The notes under the pieces: generated by a model | Databases searched by the model: none | What the model was told of the DNA's origin: nothing | Seen by the model: only the letters and a program-made list of their open reading frames with translations | NCBI RefSeq assembly: GCF_004010195.1 | Contig: NC_057759.1 | Location: 2,845,269-2,909,268 of the forward strand | Source: Chiloscyllium plagiosum | Taxonomy: Eukaryota | Length of the DNA: 64,000 nucleotides | Direction: 5' to 3' | Translations under genes and position numbers: made by a program | Part shown: positions 39,839 to 54,800 of the stretch, in pieces | Numbering within the stretch: the first letter of the stretch is position 1 | Layout: every line of letters starts with the position of its first letter

Positions 39839-42800
39839 GTAAGTGTGTGTTATAAAGGAACCTTATCCCTGACAAACCTGAACTGCTACCCACTAACGCG
39901 AAGTTACATTCTGCAGTAGATAACCCCACGCTTCCTTCTCAGATCCAAAAAGCAGGATCTAATGACTGTGGCCAACATTAAAAAAAACAAACTTGGCAAA
40001 AATATGGAATGAAACAAGTTGACAACATGGACGATCATATTTTGAGAGGGAGAGAAAGGAATAATCGTTTCAAGTTAATGTCCTTTGTTCCCGCTTTGTG
40101 CAATATAATTTGATCTTCTCAGGAAAGGATGCAAGTTACACAGACATGTGCACTAACATCTAAAAATGTTAAGTCTTGGACCAATCAATAGAATTTCAGA
40201 ATCCCACAAAGGGAAGCACAATCGGTAACAATATATAGGCGAAATATGTCACTGAGCAGTGACTGTATATAACATCATTTTTCACCAACATTAGGAGATT
40301 TACCAAGATGTTACCTTGGGGGCTGGAGAATTTCAGTGATGGAGAGAACTTAAAGAGACGGAGGTTGTTTTCCTCGGAACAGACGAGATTGGGAATGTGG
40401 ATGGGGGTGAGACATGATTGAGGTGTATAAAATGACAAAGGGGCATGGCTAGAGTAGACAGGGGACATATTTGCTCCTTGATGTGGAGGGATTAATAACG
40501 GGGATGGGCAGACGGAATGCATAGATGGGAAGCAAAGGTCAGGGGTTTTAGACAGGGATGTCAGGCAAAATATTTTCAGCAGAGGGTAGTGGGGAATCTG
40601 GAACTCACTTCCTGTTGGAGAAGCAGAAACTCTCATTTCATTGAAGGATTTAGATGTGAATTTGCAATAGTAAGACGAGGGGCCAAGTGCTGGGAAAATA
40701 GAATTCGAGAATAGTGAGGTGTTTGTTTTAGACTGGCACAGACTCGATCAGCTGATGGGCCTTTTCTGTGCTGTAGACCTCTCTGGCTCTGAATTTAGAT
40801 TGGAGATAGTCCTTGCTCTCTTGTAAAGTAATTTTAGATGCAGAGGGAGATGAGTAAGCATCTCAAAACTGTTCAGAGATATTTCATTGTAAAGTAGTCT
40901 CTCATCACTGAGCTAGAAGCTATAGTGTGGTCGTTGGTGAGACTTGACTGACTTTGGGGGTTTCTAAGAATCTCGCTGAGGCAAAAAATACAACATCATC
41001 TGATCGCATTCCTTTTGCAATCATCTTCCCAAACGTACTTTATTTTACAAGAAATCTAGCTTTCCAGAGACCTTTACTTGTTGAAGAATAACAATGGAAA
41101 TGGGCGCCAAAGCAGAGAGAAAACAGGAAGGGAAAACGAGGGCATAAATAAAAGAAAGAAAGATACAAAGCAAAATTTGCCTTTGGCATGAGAAAATGAC
41201 GAAAATATCAATGGGTTCTCATACAGTTCATACCAATTCATATTTCTGTATCCACTTCAATGGGACTGAACAGTTAACAGTTCCTGTTGAGTTGCAGGCA
41301 GGACAAGTGTTGTTTCACTGCTGCTTCTCCACTTAAATTGCTTTGTCATTGTCTTTGCCGTTTCCAGGACACTTACAGAAATAATGCCATTTTTATTTCA
41401 ATTCCCTTCTTTATTCCAGTGAATCTTGCGCTCTGTTGGCTCACCCAAGGTAAGGGAACTGCAAATTTTTTTAGATAATCATTTGGAAATCTGAAGTCTT
41501 GCTGTGCACATCCTTTCAGTGACCTTTTCCAAACATGCATCAAATAGAATTTTATCCCAGTCGTTCTGTCAAGAGTTAGGGATAGCTTCTGAAAGGAGAG
41601 GCACTGGAATAATTTTCAACTCTTATCATGTGTGGGTACCCCCACAGTTCTGATGAGGGCCAATGAATTAGTCACATTGGACAGCGTCCTTTCCGTAAAT
41701 CTGCATCGAAGTTTAACTCCACCGCAATTCTTCAAATGAGCACGAGATTTAAAACAAGTTGTTTGGGAAAACACAAGTTTACGTTCATTTTGGAAGGGAG
41801 AACATAACGGAGTATGACTCACATGGAGAAAAATTGCAGAGAGCTCAGCATAAAGGGATTTGGGGGTGGTGTAGTTCTGTATGAAACACAGTAAACTAAC
41901 ACATATGTGGGGGCAGCAGGTCATCAGGAAGAGCAGATGGAACTTTGGCCATTATTGCCAAAAAGTGCGGAAGTCTTTCTGCAAATGGGCACGATGCTGG
42001 AGAGGCCCCATCTGGAGCATATTGAGAAACGTTACTCCCGCTATTTAAGGAAGAGTACCAATTTGTTGGAGGCAGTTCGGAGAGGGTTTGCGAGGATGGT
42101 CTCTGGGAAGGATGGATTGTCTTATTGAGCAAAAGATAAACAGGTTTGGGCTCTACTCACTGAGTAGAGTTTAAAGAATGAGAGGTGATCACATTGAAAT
42201 ATATAGGGGCTTGACAGGGACTAAGCTGAGAGGCTGTTACCCCCTCCTGTGAGAATCTAGGACCAGATGGCAAAGTCTCAGAATAAATGGGCAGTATTTG
42301 AAGATTGAGATAAGGAGGGACTTGTAACTTCTCACAAGTATGGAAGTCTTTGGAAATTCTTGACACAGACAGCTGCGTTGGGTTGTTGCGTCCTCGTGTA
42401 TATTTAAAGCTGATATAGATTCTTGATCAGTGAATCAATGTTTATGGGGATCGGGCAGGAAAGCGGATGTGAGCAATGCCACGATCCAATTGGATTGCAG
42501 AGCAGGATCAAGGGGGCGAATGGCCTACTCCTATTCTCGTGCTCTTCTGGTCTTAAATATGAATAGGAAGGCAGTGTGAATGATGGACGAACTGATGGAT
42601 AAGATTGATCAGGCAGTAAAGTGGAAGTTTTAATGGAATTGCCGCGTTCATTTACTTAAAAAGGTTTGGGAAGCTAAAGATTAAATGCACATTACAAATC
42701 TGCCGGTAAAATTCAAGGTAGGGTCACTGGCAGTTAATGGCATTAAGCATTGACACAATATATTTTTGAACAACAGTGGGGAAAATTGACAATTCTGTCT

Positions 42801-45800
42801 CTTTTTGACAGGGCAAAACCATTAAATGGTGCCTTGTACAGATCATAACTAGTTGTGATAACCGTTATGATAAATATAAATGGATATTAACTTCAGTTCT
42901 ACTCTCCAGTTCCATAATAGGTGATCAGACGTGCGGAAGCGTAGCAAAAAAGGAGGAGAGTGAGGGAGGACGACAGAGGGAAATACGGACAGACTATAAT
43001 GGGCAGGTGCATGTAACATGAAATGTAATTCACTCGTGGAACATGGGCATCACTGGTTGGGCCTAGCATTTGTTGACCCAATCCCTAGTTGCTCTCTCTC
43101 AGAGGGTGGGAAGTGAGCTGCCTTCTTGAACTATTACGTCCAAGTGCTGTAGGAATACTCACAGTGCCCTTGGGGAGAGGATTCCAGGATTCTGAACCAG
43201 CGACACTGAAGTTGAGATCCAAGTTGGGATGCTGAGGAGATCGTGAAGGTGGCGGTGTTCCCATGTATTTGCTGCGCTTATCCTCCTAGATGGAAGTAGT
43301 AGTGAGTTTTGAAGGTGCTAGCTGAGGATCTCTGGTGAATTTCTGCTGTGCATCTTGTAGATGGTACACACTACTGCTACTGAACATCGATATTTGAGGA
43401 AGTGAATGTTTGGGGATGTGGTGCCAATCAAGTTGGGGCTACATTGTGGCTGGATGGTTTTGTGTTGTTTTTGGAGCTGCACTCATTCGGCCAAGTGGAG
43501 ACCATTCAATCACACTCCTGACTTGGGCCTAATCGATAGTGGGCAGGCCTTGGTGAAGTCAGGAGGTAAGTTAGTTTCTGCTTCTCGCTCCCTCTTCAGC
43601 TTTTAGAAGGCCCTTACTTAACGTATAAACCCACAAGTGGATTTGTAAAAGGAGACATTTTAAAATTGCAATGTAGGACAGAGAAAAAAGACAAGATGTT
43701 TATTGGTACAAAAATGAACAGTTTTTCACTTATAGATAGGCAAATATTTATGAAGTACTCACGAACAATAAAACTGGTGGATCTTATCACTGGGTGATAT
43801 ACAACTCATGACAAAAGAGTGAAACTGCTGAAGTTGTCGTCACGGATGAGTGACGTTTAACTTTCTTTTATATCGAAACTTTGCATGGAAGTGCAATGCA
43901 CAGCGTTCAAAGAATAGTAGTGTACAGGGACAGACCTTTCAGCCCAGCAAGGTTCTGCTAAAACATGATGCCTATCTAAACTGAAACCGTTTTGCCTCTA
44001 GGCTGTTGATGTCGCTCTACTTCTTGCCTGGTCATTTATCTGTCAAATGCCTCTTAAAAATTGTTATTGTATTTGCTTCCACCACACCACATCTGGCAGT
44101 GAATTCCAGATACTTACCACCTTCTCTGGAAAAAAGATGCCTTGCTCCTTGTATCTTCTTAAAATCTCTTTTTTTCTTAAACTTCTGTCCCTGAATTAGA
44201 ATTACAATTAGAATCCTTAGAGTGTGGAAGCAGGCCCTTCAGCCCAACAAGTCCACACCAATCCTCCGAAGAGTAGCCCACTCAGACTCATTCCCCTATA
44301 TTTATCCAGACTAATGCACCCAACTTAAACATCCCTGAACACTATGGGCAATTTAGCATGGCCAATTCACATGAGCTGCACAGTTTTGGATTGTGGGAGG
44401 AAATCGGAGCACCCAGAGGAAACCCAGACAGACACGGGGAGAGTGTGCAAATTCTACATAACAGTCACCCGACTAGCTCTGCGAGGCAGCAGTGCTAACC
44501 ACTGAGCTGCCATACCACCCAAAATATCTTTTTAAATTGACATTCATACTCGGGAAGAAAATGGTTCTAACTATCCTTTCTATCCACACAGCTCATAATT
44601 TTATACACTTCAATCAGATCATTTTTTTTTCCTGACATACAAGCAAAAACAAACTGAATTTGCACAATGCCTCCTGTTAGTTAATACCGTCCGAACAAGG
44701 CACTATCTTGGTAACCCAGTTCAATACCCTCTCCAAATCCTTCACATCATTCTGATAGTGTGGCGACCAAAACTGTACCGTTTTCTTGACCTCCAAACTA
44801 ATTGTCAACAAAATACGCATGTGTCAACATGATTTAATGCTGAACATTAATTTTATTCAGTCAGTCATTTATGTAAGGTTTGGAACCTCATCTTGGAGTT
44901 AGTAATTTCTGACGAGGCGAGGTTAAATAGGTTGGGCTTGTACTCATTGGGGTTTAGTAGAATGAGAGGCCATCTTTTTGAAGATTATTAGAACTACTTG
45001 ACAGTGGAGATTTGGTGAGAGGTTGTTTACTCTTGTGTGGGTGAGTCATGGACCAGAGGGCCATCATCTCGGAATAAAGCCTGGGGATGGGCGGGAGTTT
45101 GGAGGGGGTGGGGGGTGGGGGGGCGGTGGGGGAGGAGGTGTTTGGAATCGCCCATTGAATATAGAGGTGAGGAGGGATTTCCTCTCTCCAGGGGGAGTGA
45201 GTCTTTAGCATTCTTTATTTCCGAGGGCTGTCAAGGCTGGGTCATTTTGTATATTTGAAGCGAAAATAGAGAGATTTTTAATCAGGGAGGGGAATCGAGT
45301 TTTATGGGACAAAAAGGCAGGAAACTGGAGTTGACAATGATCAGATCAGCCGTTATCTCATTGAGTAGAGGAGCTGATTCAATGGGTGAATTTTGTTCAT
45401 ACATCTTATGATCTTCATGTCTAATCATATTGAAGATGGAGGGGAATTTATAGTCAAACGGCATACTCCTGTTTCTGTTTATCGTGGTCTTATGATCTCT
45501 CCTCTAGTCAGGGATCAAAACTGTATTTAACACTCCAGGGAAATTGAAAACAAACTGATAGTAGTTGTCCTGAGTGAATTGTATAAAATATTGGGGATTG
45601 GCTTGCTGATACTTGAAAATATACTCAGGCAACAAATTATTAGTGATCGTGAATGCTTGAGGAGCACTTTCGAATGTAAGAAATGCTCATGATGAGCTTT
45701 ATGATGCACTTTTACTTTTGATTTAGATAGAAATGTGGAGCTCCATGTTGACCCAGTTTCACTTTTGGAAGGAGAGAGACTAAAATTGAATTGTCGGTAC

Positions 45801-48800
45801 AAATACTATATTTGGAGGAGCAAGGATTCTGTCTTTTATAAAAATGGCAAGAAGATCCATGCAGTGTGGTTCCCAGGACGTGAATCATCGTATAGCACTA
45901 AAGTAAACAGCACCAATGACAGTGGATGGTACAGTTGTAAAATTGGTGGGTCGGAATCGCGAAATGTTAGTGTTCAGGTTCGAGGTACGTCCTTGATGTT
46001 ACAATCTGTGGTAGACAATGTGCATATTTCTCTCAATTGCTAATTTAAAGACAGGAGACATTCTGAATTAGCCAGTATAGAAGCGGCCCTTTGGTTCATC
46101 ATGTCTGTGCTGCCAATGGTACACCAAACCTACTTTCCCGCAATGTCTTGAAAATTATGACCGTTCAAGTGCTGGTCGATTTACTTTTTAAAGGTTGCAT
46201 GTTTTCCTGTCTCAATTGCCTTTCGAGGCAGTGCATTCCAGATCCTCAATACCCTCTGGGTGAAACATTCCTCAAATCCCCCTTAAACCTCCTGCCTTTC
46301 ACTTGAAACTGATGCCTTTCTTGTTGCTGATGCTTCAACTAATGGGAACAGCTGCTTCGTACCCACCTTGTCCATAATCCTGCACAACTCTGTCAGGTCC
46401 CCCCTCAGCTTTGTCTGTTCCAGAGAAAATAACCCAAGCTCATTGGTTCTTCATGCAACATTACCCACCACGCCCACCCGCCTTTGAGAGAAGCCATTCC
46501 ACCTCATCTCTGCTTTGAATATATCCCCAGACCCTTCTCCTGAAGCAGCGACGTCTTGTTCCAGATTGTCCCATACGACGAAACATGCTGTGCCCATCTC
46601 TTTTGTTAATCCTCCCTTTAACATCGTAAGAGTAAAGTCACCACAGTCCCACTCTTCCATCCGTGAGAGAGGGGACTGGGTGGTGGTCTAATCTGAGGGG
46701 TACAACGCCGCAGTTGAGGGAAGAGATGGAGATGTAGAATCCTCCGTGGTCACCTCAGCTGGTGTTGGAATTGAATCCATACCATGGACACCATCTGCAA
46801 CTCAGACCAGCCATCCAGCCGACTGAGCTCGACACCAAGCAAATATCATACTCTGAGCTCTGAACTTGCTCAATCTCTCCTCATAAGGCAACATCGTATC
46901 TCTGGTATAATCTGGGAAAGTTTTAATATGTTGACATAATTCATGTCAATGGTCTGAATATATCGTTGCCAAATAGAGTCATGGAATCATGCAACACGGA
47001 AACAGGCCTTTCTGCCGAACTCATCCCTGCCAATCAGGTTTCCTAAGCTGAATGAGTCCCAATTGCATTGGACCAAATTCCTCTAAAGATTTTCCGCCAT
47101 ATGCCTGTCCAATTCATTTTGTTAAATATTGTAATTGTATCCTAGTCTACCACTTTCTGTGGCAGCTCTTTCCATACACACCGCACCCTCTGTATCAAAA
47201 CATTGCCGTTCATTTCCCTTTTAAATCATTCCCCTCGCACATTAAATCCTAACCCCTCCATGTTTCAGACTCACCGATGCTATGGAAAAGACAATGGCTA
47301 TTCATCATATCTATGCATTTCATGATTTTATAAACTTGGATAAGGTCATCCCGAATCTCTGACACTTCAGTGAAAGAAGTCCCAGCCTCACCTTTGGGTC
47401 TCAGTTTCATTCTTGTATATTTTGTTTCTGATACCTTTCCAGTTTAATAACATCTTCCTAATAATAAGGCGACCAGAATTGCACACACAACTTCAAAGGT
47501 GACCTCAAATACATCCTGTACATTCGGAACATGATGTCCCAACTCATGTACTCAATGGCCTGAGCAATGCAGGCAAGCTTGCCTAAAGCGGTCTTTGCCA
47601 CTGTCTATCAAGGAATTATGCACCGCCAACACTCAGTCTCTCTGCTCAACAAGAATACCCAGGGTCCTACCATTCACTGTATATGTCCTGCTCTTGTTTG
47701 TTTCATGAACAGGCATTTTAACCTGGCAGTTAACCAAATTACACTCCATATGGCTGTTGGGCCAATTGATCAAGATTACGTTATTGTCTAAGTTTATGTT
47801 CCTCACGGTCTACAGCCATTCCATCCTTTTTTTTTCAAAAGGCAACCCACTCTTCCTGGGTCTGAACCAGTCAATGGATTGGACTTCCACCATGTTTGTG
47901 GAAGACATGGAAATAGTTCAGAAGGCAATTGATGAGTATGACACAAAGTGGCTGCAATGGGATACAGATGAGTTATAAGGAAATGAGCATAAACCTGGCA
48001 GATGCATGATAATGGGGGGAAATGTGTGATTTTGCGATTTGGCAGGAAGAACAGAGGAGCTCATGGAACATGAACCGGGGTGGTGGGAGGGGGGATGTTT
48101 GCTAAGACTTTACAATACGCAAATCAGACAAGAGGGGAATACTGTGAATATTCTGGAGCCCTGCATCTGAAGGAATGTAGACTGGGCATTGGAGACTGTA
48201 CAGAGGAAGTTCATACAGCTAATCCCTCTTATGGAGGGACTATTTGTTAATGGAAAGGCGGAGTGGTTTGGGCCTGTCCTCAGTGGAGTCTGGAAGAATG
48301 AGAGATTTATTGAAGATTCTTAGAGTGAGTTGACAGGAGTTGACAGAGAGACATGGTTTCCCGCTGAGTGGGAGAGTCTGGGAACTGAGGGGCATTGTCT
48401 CAGATTAATAGGAGGCGGGGTTGGTGACCTCCCATTGAAGTCGGAGATGAGATGGAACTTCTTCTCTCTGAAGGGAGTAAATCTGTGGAATTCTTTTGAG
48501 CAGAGGGCTTTCCTGGATGGGTTGTTGAGTATATTCAAGACTGAGAGGCAGAGATTTTAAATCAGGGCGATGACGTGGAACAAAAAGCAAGAAAGTGGAC
48601 TTGAGGATGATCGCATCAGGCATGATCTCATTGAATGATGGAGCAGACTCAATGAGTTGAATGCTCTTCTTTTGTTCCAACATCTTATCCTTTCGCTTTG
48701 TGATCAGAACAGTAGATTAACGAGTCCCAATTGTGTGTTACATTCCAGAACGCTTTGCCAAGCCCTTGCTGAGGGTGGAACCGGCGCCTGAAGTATTCGA

Positions 48801-51800
48801 GGGCCTCCCGGTCACGCTGACGTGCACTGTCCGGGAGGCAAGGACCTCCGTCCACTTTCACTACTCATTTTACAGAGACAGCGCCGGCCTAGAGGCCGTG
48901 CCTGGTCATGACTTCATGTACACTATCAACGCAGCGACTGTAAACGTTTCTGGGAATTATGCCTGTGAAGCAATCGAGACGGTTCACAGTCTGAGGAAGA
49001 GGAGTGACAGCATTTACATTTCCATTAAACGTAACTATGTGTCATTATCCCCAGCGCAAATTAAAGGCCCTTCGACCCATCGAGTCAGAAACAGCCACCT
49101 CACTATTATCTAATCCCTATTTTCCCAGCACGTGGTACCAGAGCCTTGGCCTCATGAGTGCACATCCAAACACTCTTCAATGTGTTGGGGGTTTCTGCCT
49201 CTCCTACCCTAACAGGCAGTAAGTTCCAGATACTCTGAGTGAACATGCGTTCCCTCTCATTCCTTCTAAACCATCTGTCCCTGACCTTCAATCGATGTCC
49301 CCTCCCTCCACCAATTGGGAAAAGTTTCCTCCTATATACCCTATCTACACCCCTCATCATTTTATACATCTCCATCACGACCTCCACCCGGACTCAATTT
49401 CCTCTGCGCTAAGGAAAACAATCCCAGTCTATCCAGTCTCTCTCCATCCTGAAGCTCTACAGCTCCAAGGCAACATCCTGGTAAATCACCTTCTGCACTC
49501 TCTCCCAGTGCTATCCTGTCCCTCCTAGAATGTGGATTCCAGAACCGGGTAAAATACTCTCGCCGCGGTTGTATTTATTTATTCCAAATGCGATCACGAT
49601 CATCCCCAAATCTGACCTCGAGTTAGCACGATGCTGACATTCTTGATTGACATTGAAGGATTGTTAGGAATCCCCCGCACAGGTCCCGCCTCGCGATTTT
49701 CTTGCTCTTGTGCTGACCACAGAGCTTACTCAAGTCCAAACATTCTACAGGCTCAAACAGAAACATGTCCTTCTGCTTTTCAGAGGCGTTCGCTGTCCCT
49801 ATATTGATCATGCATCCTGAGGAACAGCTGTTTGATGGCCAAAGGGTTAAACTGGTGTGCTGGGTTGAAGCGAACCCCTCCCAAGCTTCCTTGCGGTTCA
49901 GCTTTTACAGAAATGGGCTCCTTCTCCAGTCTCCATCTGACCTCAGTGATTACATCTCTGAGTCAGCTCGTCCGGCAGACTCGGGGACTTACCATTGTGA
50001 AGTCACAGACGGGAAGCTGTGGAAACGCAGTAATCAGCTTTATTTATCCATCAGGCGTAAGTATCATTTATCATTGTCCGTTTCTTAACTGTTACAGAAC
50101 TCAGAAAAAAGACAATTTATCATCACTCCCCACATCTCACAGACATATATTGGAGATCTAGAGACAAAGAGCACAGGGTGTTGGGTGGACCGTTTAGGAC
50201 TGCGATGGGGAGAAATGTTTCAAACAGAGAGTGAGGAGGCTGTGGAATTCACTGCCCGGAAAATTATGGAAACATGTAGATGGCACTAGGCCATCCGATC
50301 CTTCCAGTTTGTTGTGTCCATTCACTAGAATTGTGGCTGACCTTCCAACTCAGTCCCCTGTCCACTTGCTCTCTTCCTTTATGCCCTAAGAATTCTATTA
50401 ACCTCCTTGAATAACATTCACTGTCTCCGTTCCGACTATTTTCTGTGTCACAGAATTTCACAGGCTCCTAACTATCTTGGTGAAGGCATTCGTCCCCATC
50501 TCAGTCCTATTCCATCTCCTTTAGACTGTAACCCCTCGATGTCTCTCAACATTCTTCTTGTGCTGGCCGTGTCTAATTAGTAAATTTGCAGATATCATGA
50601 AATTCGGTGGTGCTGTGGACAGTAAGGAGGATTGTCAAAGAATATCGATCAGCCTGAAAGTTGGGCACAGAAATCGTGGATGGATTTTAATCCAGGCTAA
50701 TGTGAGCTGATGCATTTTTGGGAGGTGAAATGCGAGAGTAAAATATACAATAAATGACAGGACCCTTGGGAGCATTGCTATACAGAGGGATCTTGGGGTG
50801 CAAGTCCATAGTTCCCTGAAAGTGGCAACACAAATGGATAACATGGTAAAGAAGCCATATGGCATGCTTCCTGTCACCAGTCGGTGAAATATGTATAAAC
50901 GTTGGTAAGTGATATTGCAGCCGTGTAAGACTTCATTTCTACCACATTTGGAGGATATGTGCAGCTTTGTTGCCCACACTATAGCAAAGATGTGGAGGCA
51001 TTCGAGAGGATGCAAAACAGTTTTCCCTGGATGTTGCCTGCATTGGAGTTTGTAAGCCATGAGGAGAGGTTGGCCAAACTTGGATTGTTTTCACGAAGGC
51101 ATTGGAGGCTGGAGGCGGACCTGATTGGGGTATACAGAATTATGAGAGGCATGGACAGGAAGGATAGCCAGTGTCTTGCTTCCAGGTTGGAAATGTCAAA
51201 TACTAGGGTGGGGAGCACAGGTGTAAGGTGAGAGGAGGAGAGTTAAAATGAGATATGAGAGGAAAGGTTAACTTAGAGTACAACAGGATCTTGATTAGAT
51301 GGGACAACGGGCTGAGGAGTGGCAGATGGAGTGTAACTTAGATTAATGTGAGGTGCTGCACTTTAGAAAAGCAAATCAAGGCAGAATCTGTGCACCTAAT
51401 GTCCTGGGGAGTGTTGCTGAACAAAGTGACCTTGGAGTGCTGATTCACATTTCCTTTAAAGTGAAGTTGCAGGTAGATAAGATAGTGAAGAAGGTGGTTA
51501 GATTGCTTTCTGTTATTGTTTGGAGAATTGAGTACCTGCGTTGGGAGGTCATGTCATGGCTGTTCAGCACATAAGTTAGGCAACTTCTGGAATAATGTGT
51601 GCAAATCTGGTTTCCCTTCAAAAGCAAGGATATTCGGAAACTTGAAAGGGTTTAGGAAAAAGATATTGCAAGTGTTGGAGGATTTGAGCTTTCGGGAAAG
51701 ACTGATTAGGCTGGGATTGTTTTCCATGGAGCATTGGAGGCTGAGAGGTGACCTTATAGAGGTTTATAAAATAATGAGGCTCATAGATAGGGTAAATCGG

Positions 51801-54800
51801 CAAAGTCTTTGGGTGGGTGGGTCCAAAACTGGAGGGCATTGGTTTAGGTGAGAGTGGACTAATTTAAAAGGGACCTAAGGAGTAACGGTTTTCAACAAAG
51901 GATGGTGCGTCAATGGAATGAGCTTCCAAAGGAAGTGATGGAGGCTGGTAAGATTACAACATTTAAAACGCATCTGTTTGGGTGTATGAATTGGAAGGGT
52001 TTAGAGATATAAGGGTCAACTGCTGGCAAATGGGACTAGATTAATTTATGATGTCTTGTCAGCACAGACGAGTTGGACTGAAGGTGCACTACATCTCTGT
52101 GGTTCTATGATTCTAAACAGTGAGTGTTAGGTGCCTGGCACGCACTGCCAGAACAGTTGGTAGAAACAAATACGATAGCAATGTTTACGAAGCATAAAGA
52201 CAGACACTTGAATATGTAGGGTGTAGACGGATACGGAGAGCATGCAGACAGATGGAATTCGGATAGAATGACATCACAGTCAGTGGTCTGAAGGGCCGGT
52301 CCCTGTGCTGTACTGTTCTATGTCCTAAGAATTCAGAGAATCGGCTCATATTCTGGGCTCAAATCCCACCATAGCAGATGGGAGAATCTGAGTTCAATTC
52401 CAAATGTTGATTGCAGCCCGACAACTGTCAACTGCCCTCTGTGTAATTAGGGATGAGTAATAAATACTGGACTACCCAGGGACACCCACATCCAACCAAT
52501 GAACAAAATAAATGTGTATGATTGTGATGATCTTCATAGTTGAGTTTGCAATTAACTCCGCCAAATACAATGATCTATCTTTTGTCTATGATTCCAGGAA
52601 TTCCAGTGTCAAAACCGGAACTAACAATTCATCCTGGAAAGTATCTAATCGAAGGAGACACAGGATCCTTAATCTGTTCGGTCTCCAATGGTTCTCTGCC
52701 GATTTATTACCAATTCTACAACAGCTCAAACGTGGAACTGTACAGGGAGCTTTCCAACAGCACTGAGCTTGTTTACAACATTGGAGCTATCAATAGAAGG
52801 GACGAAGGGCTTTACCATTGCTCAGTGAGAAATGAGGTGACAGGCCCTCAGCACAGTGAAGACATAGAGATCACAGTGATAGGTGAGTTCACAAGGACTC
52901 TCTCCCAAAGAGTAACTGAACCATCAGTTCAGGGAATACTGCTGCTGAGACCAACTCAAAGCTGGTGCTTCGTCGTTGAACATCGCACCTTAGGCTAAAG
53001 CAACTGAGAGAGAGAGGGAGCTGCAGATCAGAGTCAAAAGGTATGGTGCAGGAAAAGCACAGCTGGTTATGCAGCATTAGTGCAAGAGGGAAGTCGACGT
53101 TTCGGGCATAAGCTTTTCCTCAGGAATGTGATGAAGCGCTAATGCTCGAAACATCAACAATGCTTTTCCAACATCACAGTTTTCGAAACAAAAGCGGCAC
53201 AGCCCAATGTCCCTGTAGTTGGTCCAATATCCTTCTTAACCACTCCTATCCATGCACTTGGCCAAGCGACTTTTAAATGATGTTGATGTCCCCTCTCCAA
53301 CCATTTCCACGGCAGCTCATTCCATATGCGTTACATCCAATGTGTAAAAGAGTTGTCCTTCAGGTTTCCCTTTTAATCTTTTCCATCGAACCTTAAACTA
53401 TTGTCCTCTAGTCCTCGACTCCACAACGCTGGGAAACAGACTGAGTGCATTCACCCTAATTTTGCCTCTCATAATCTGATACACTTCAAAGTTTGTGAGA
53501 AGATTTGTAGCTCGGGTGCTCGTTGTTGTGGTTCTGTTCGCCGAGCTGGAAGTTTTTGTTGCAAACGTTTCGTCCCCTGGCTAGGCGACATCATCAGTGC
53601 TTGGGAGCCTCCTGCGAAGCGCTTCATTGATGTTTCCTCCGGAGAATGCACACTCAGGAACAATGGACTGACAGAAGAGACACAACAAACAGTGAGACAA
53701 ACTGTCGTACCTATGATAATAAGGAAAAGACAAACACATAACCTCAACACCAAGGAGAGGGAAGCACTGAAATCACTAAGAAACGATAAGGATGGTGGGG
53801 AGCTGGTTATTCATTCATTCCAGAGAGATGATGTCGGGAGGTATCACTGTGCAGCAATCAACAATGGAACCAACACTATTTTTAATGTGACCAGCGACTA
53901 CATCGAATTCACACTGCGAGGTAACAGTGGCACTCAGATTGAACATAGACAGACCATAGAGAAAGACCATTCACTCCATCCGGTCTGTGCCAATCAGAAA
54001 CTCTTAACCATCTCAGGGGAGGTGATAACTGGGTGGTATTGATCCAATAGGCTATTGGTCCAAATTGGTGGTGTCTGGTGTTCCTGATATCCCGCCCATA
54101 CCAGATGGTGGAATTTGAATGCGATAGAAAATCTGGAATTGGAAGCCCCATGGAGAGGGCAGCATACAGAGGAGATTTACCAGTATGTTCCTTGGATTTT
54201 AGCGATGAAGAGAGGGAGGCTGGATAATCTTGTAATATTTTCTATGGAAGAGTAAATGCTGAGAGGGGAACCCAATAGAGATGTGTAAGATTGTGAGGGT
54301 AAGGGACTAGGCAAAGAGGAAACAGGTGTTCTCCATATTCAAAGGGTCAGTAACTAGGGCTGGGGTGGAGAGGTCATTTTAAAGTGAAGGATGGGAGGAT
54401 TAAAGGGAGATTTGAGGATTATTTCACCGAAAGGTTGGTGGGAGTTGGAATATACTGCCTGGCAAGGAAACTTCCAACATTTACAAATTACTTGGATCGG
54501 CACTTGAAATGTCATAATATTGAAGGCTGTGTGTGTGTGTGTGTGTGTGTGTGTGGGGTGGGGGTGGGGTTAGTGTGGGAAAGTGGGATGGGTGTAGGCT
54601 GTTCAATGGGGCAATTTCTGCCACACTGCGAGACTCTCGATACCTCCATGGAGGCATGGAGTTACATATCTGTGGGTATTGATCAGTTTGATGTTAACTG
54701 TGTACATCACACAGAGATGATGTGAGAAAACTTCCTGGTGAATTTGTTAACGTGAGCTGAATATTCTTGTTGGATTCCAGCTCGGAGTTATTCCAAGGAA

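Noticed and set aside
53401..54042. 213-aa ORF as a real TE-Ig fusion protein
   Set aside because: Non-ATG start in repeat DNA, and no convincing phase-compatible splice acceptor.
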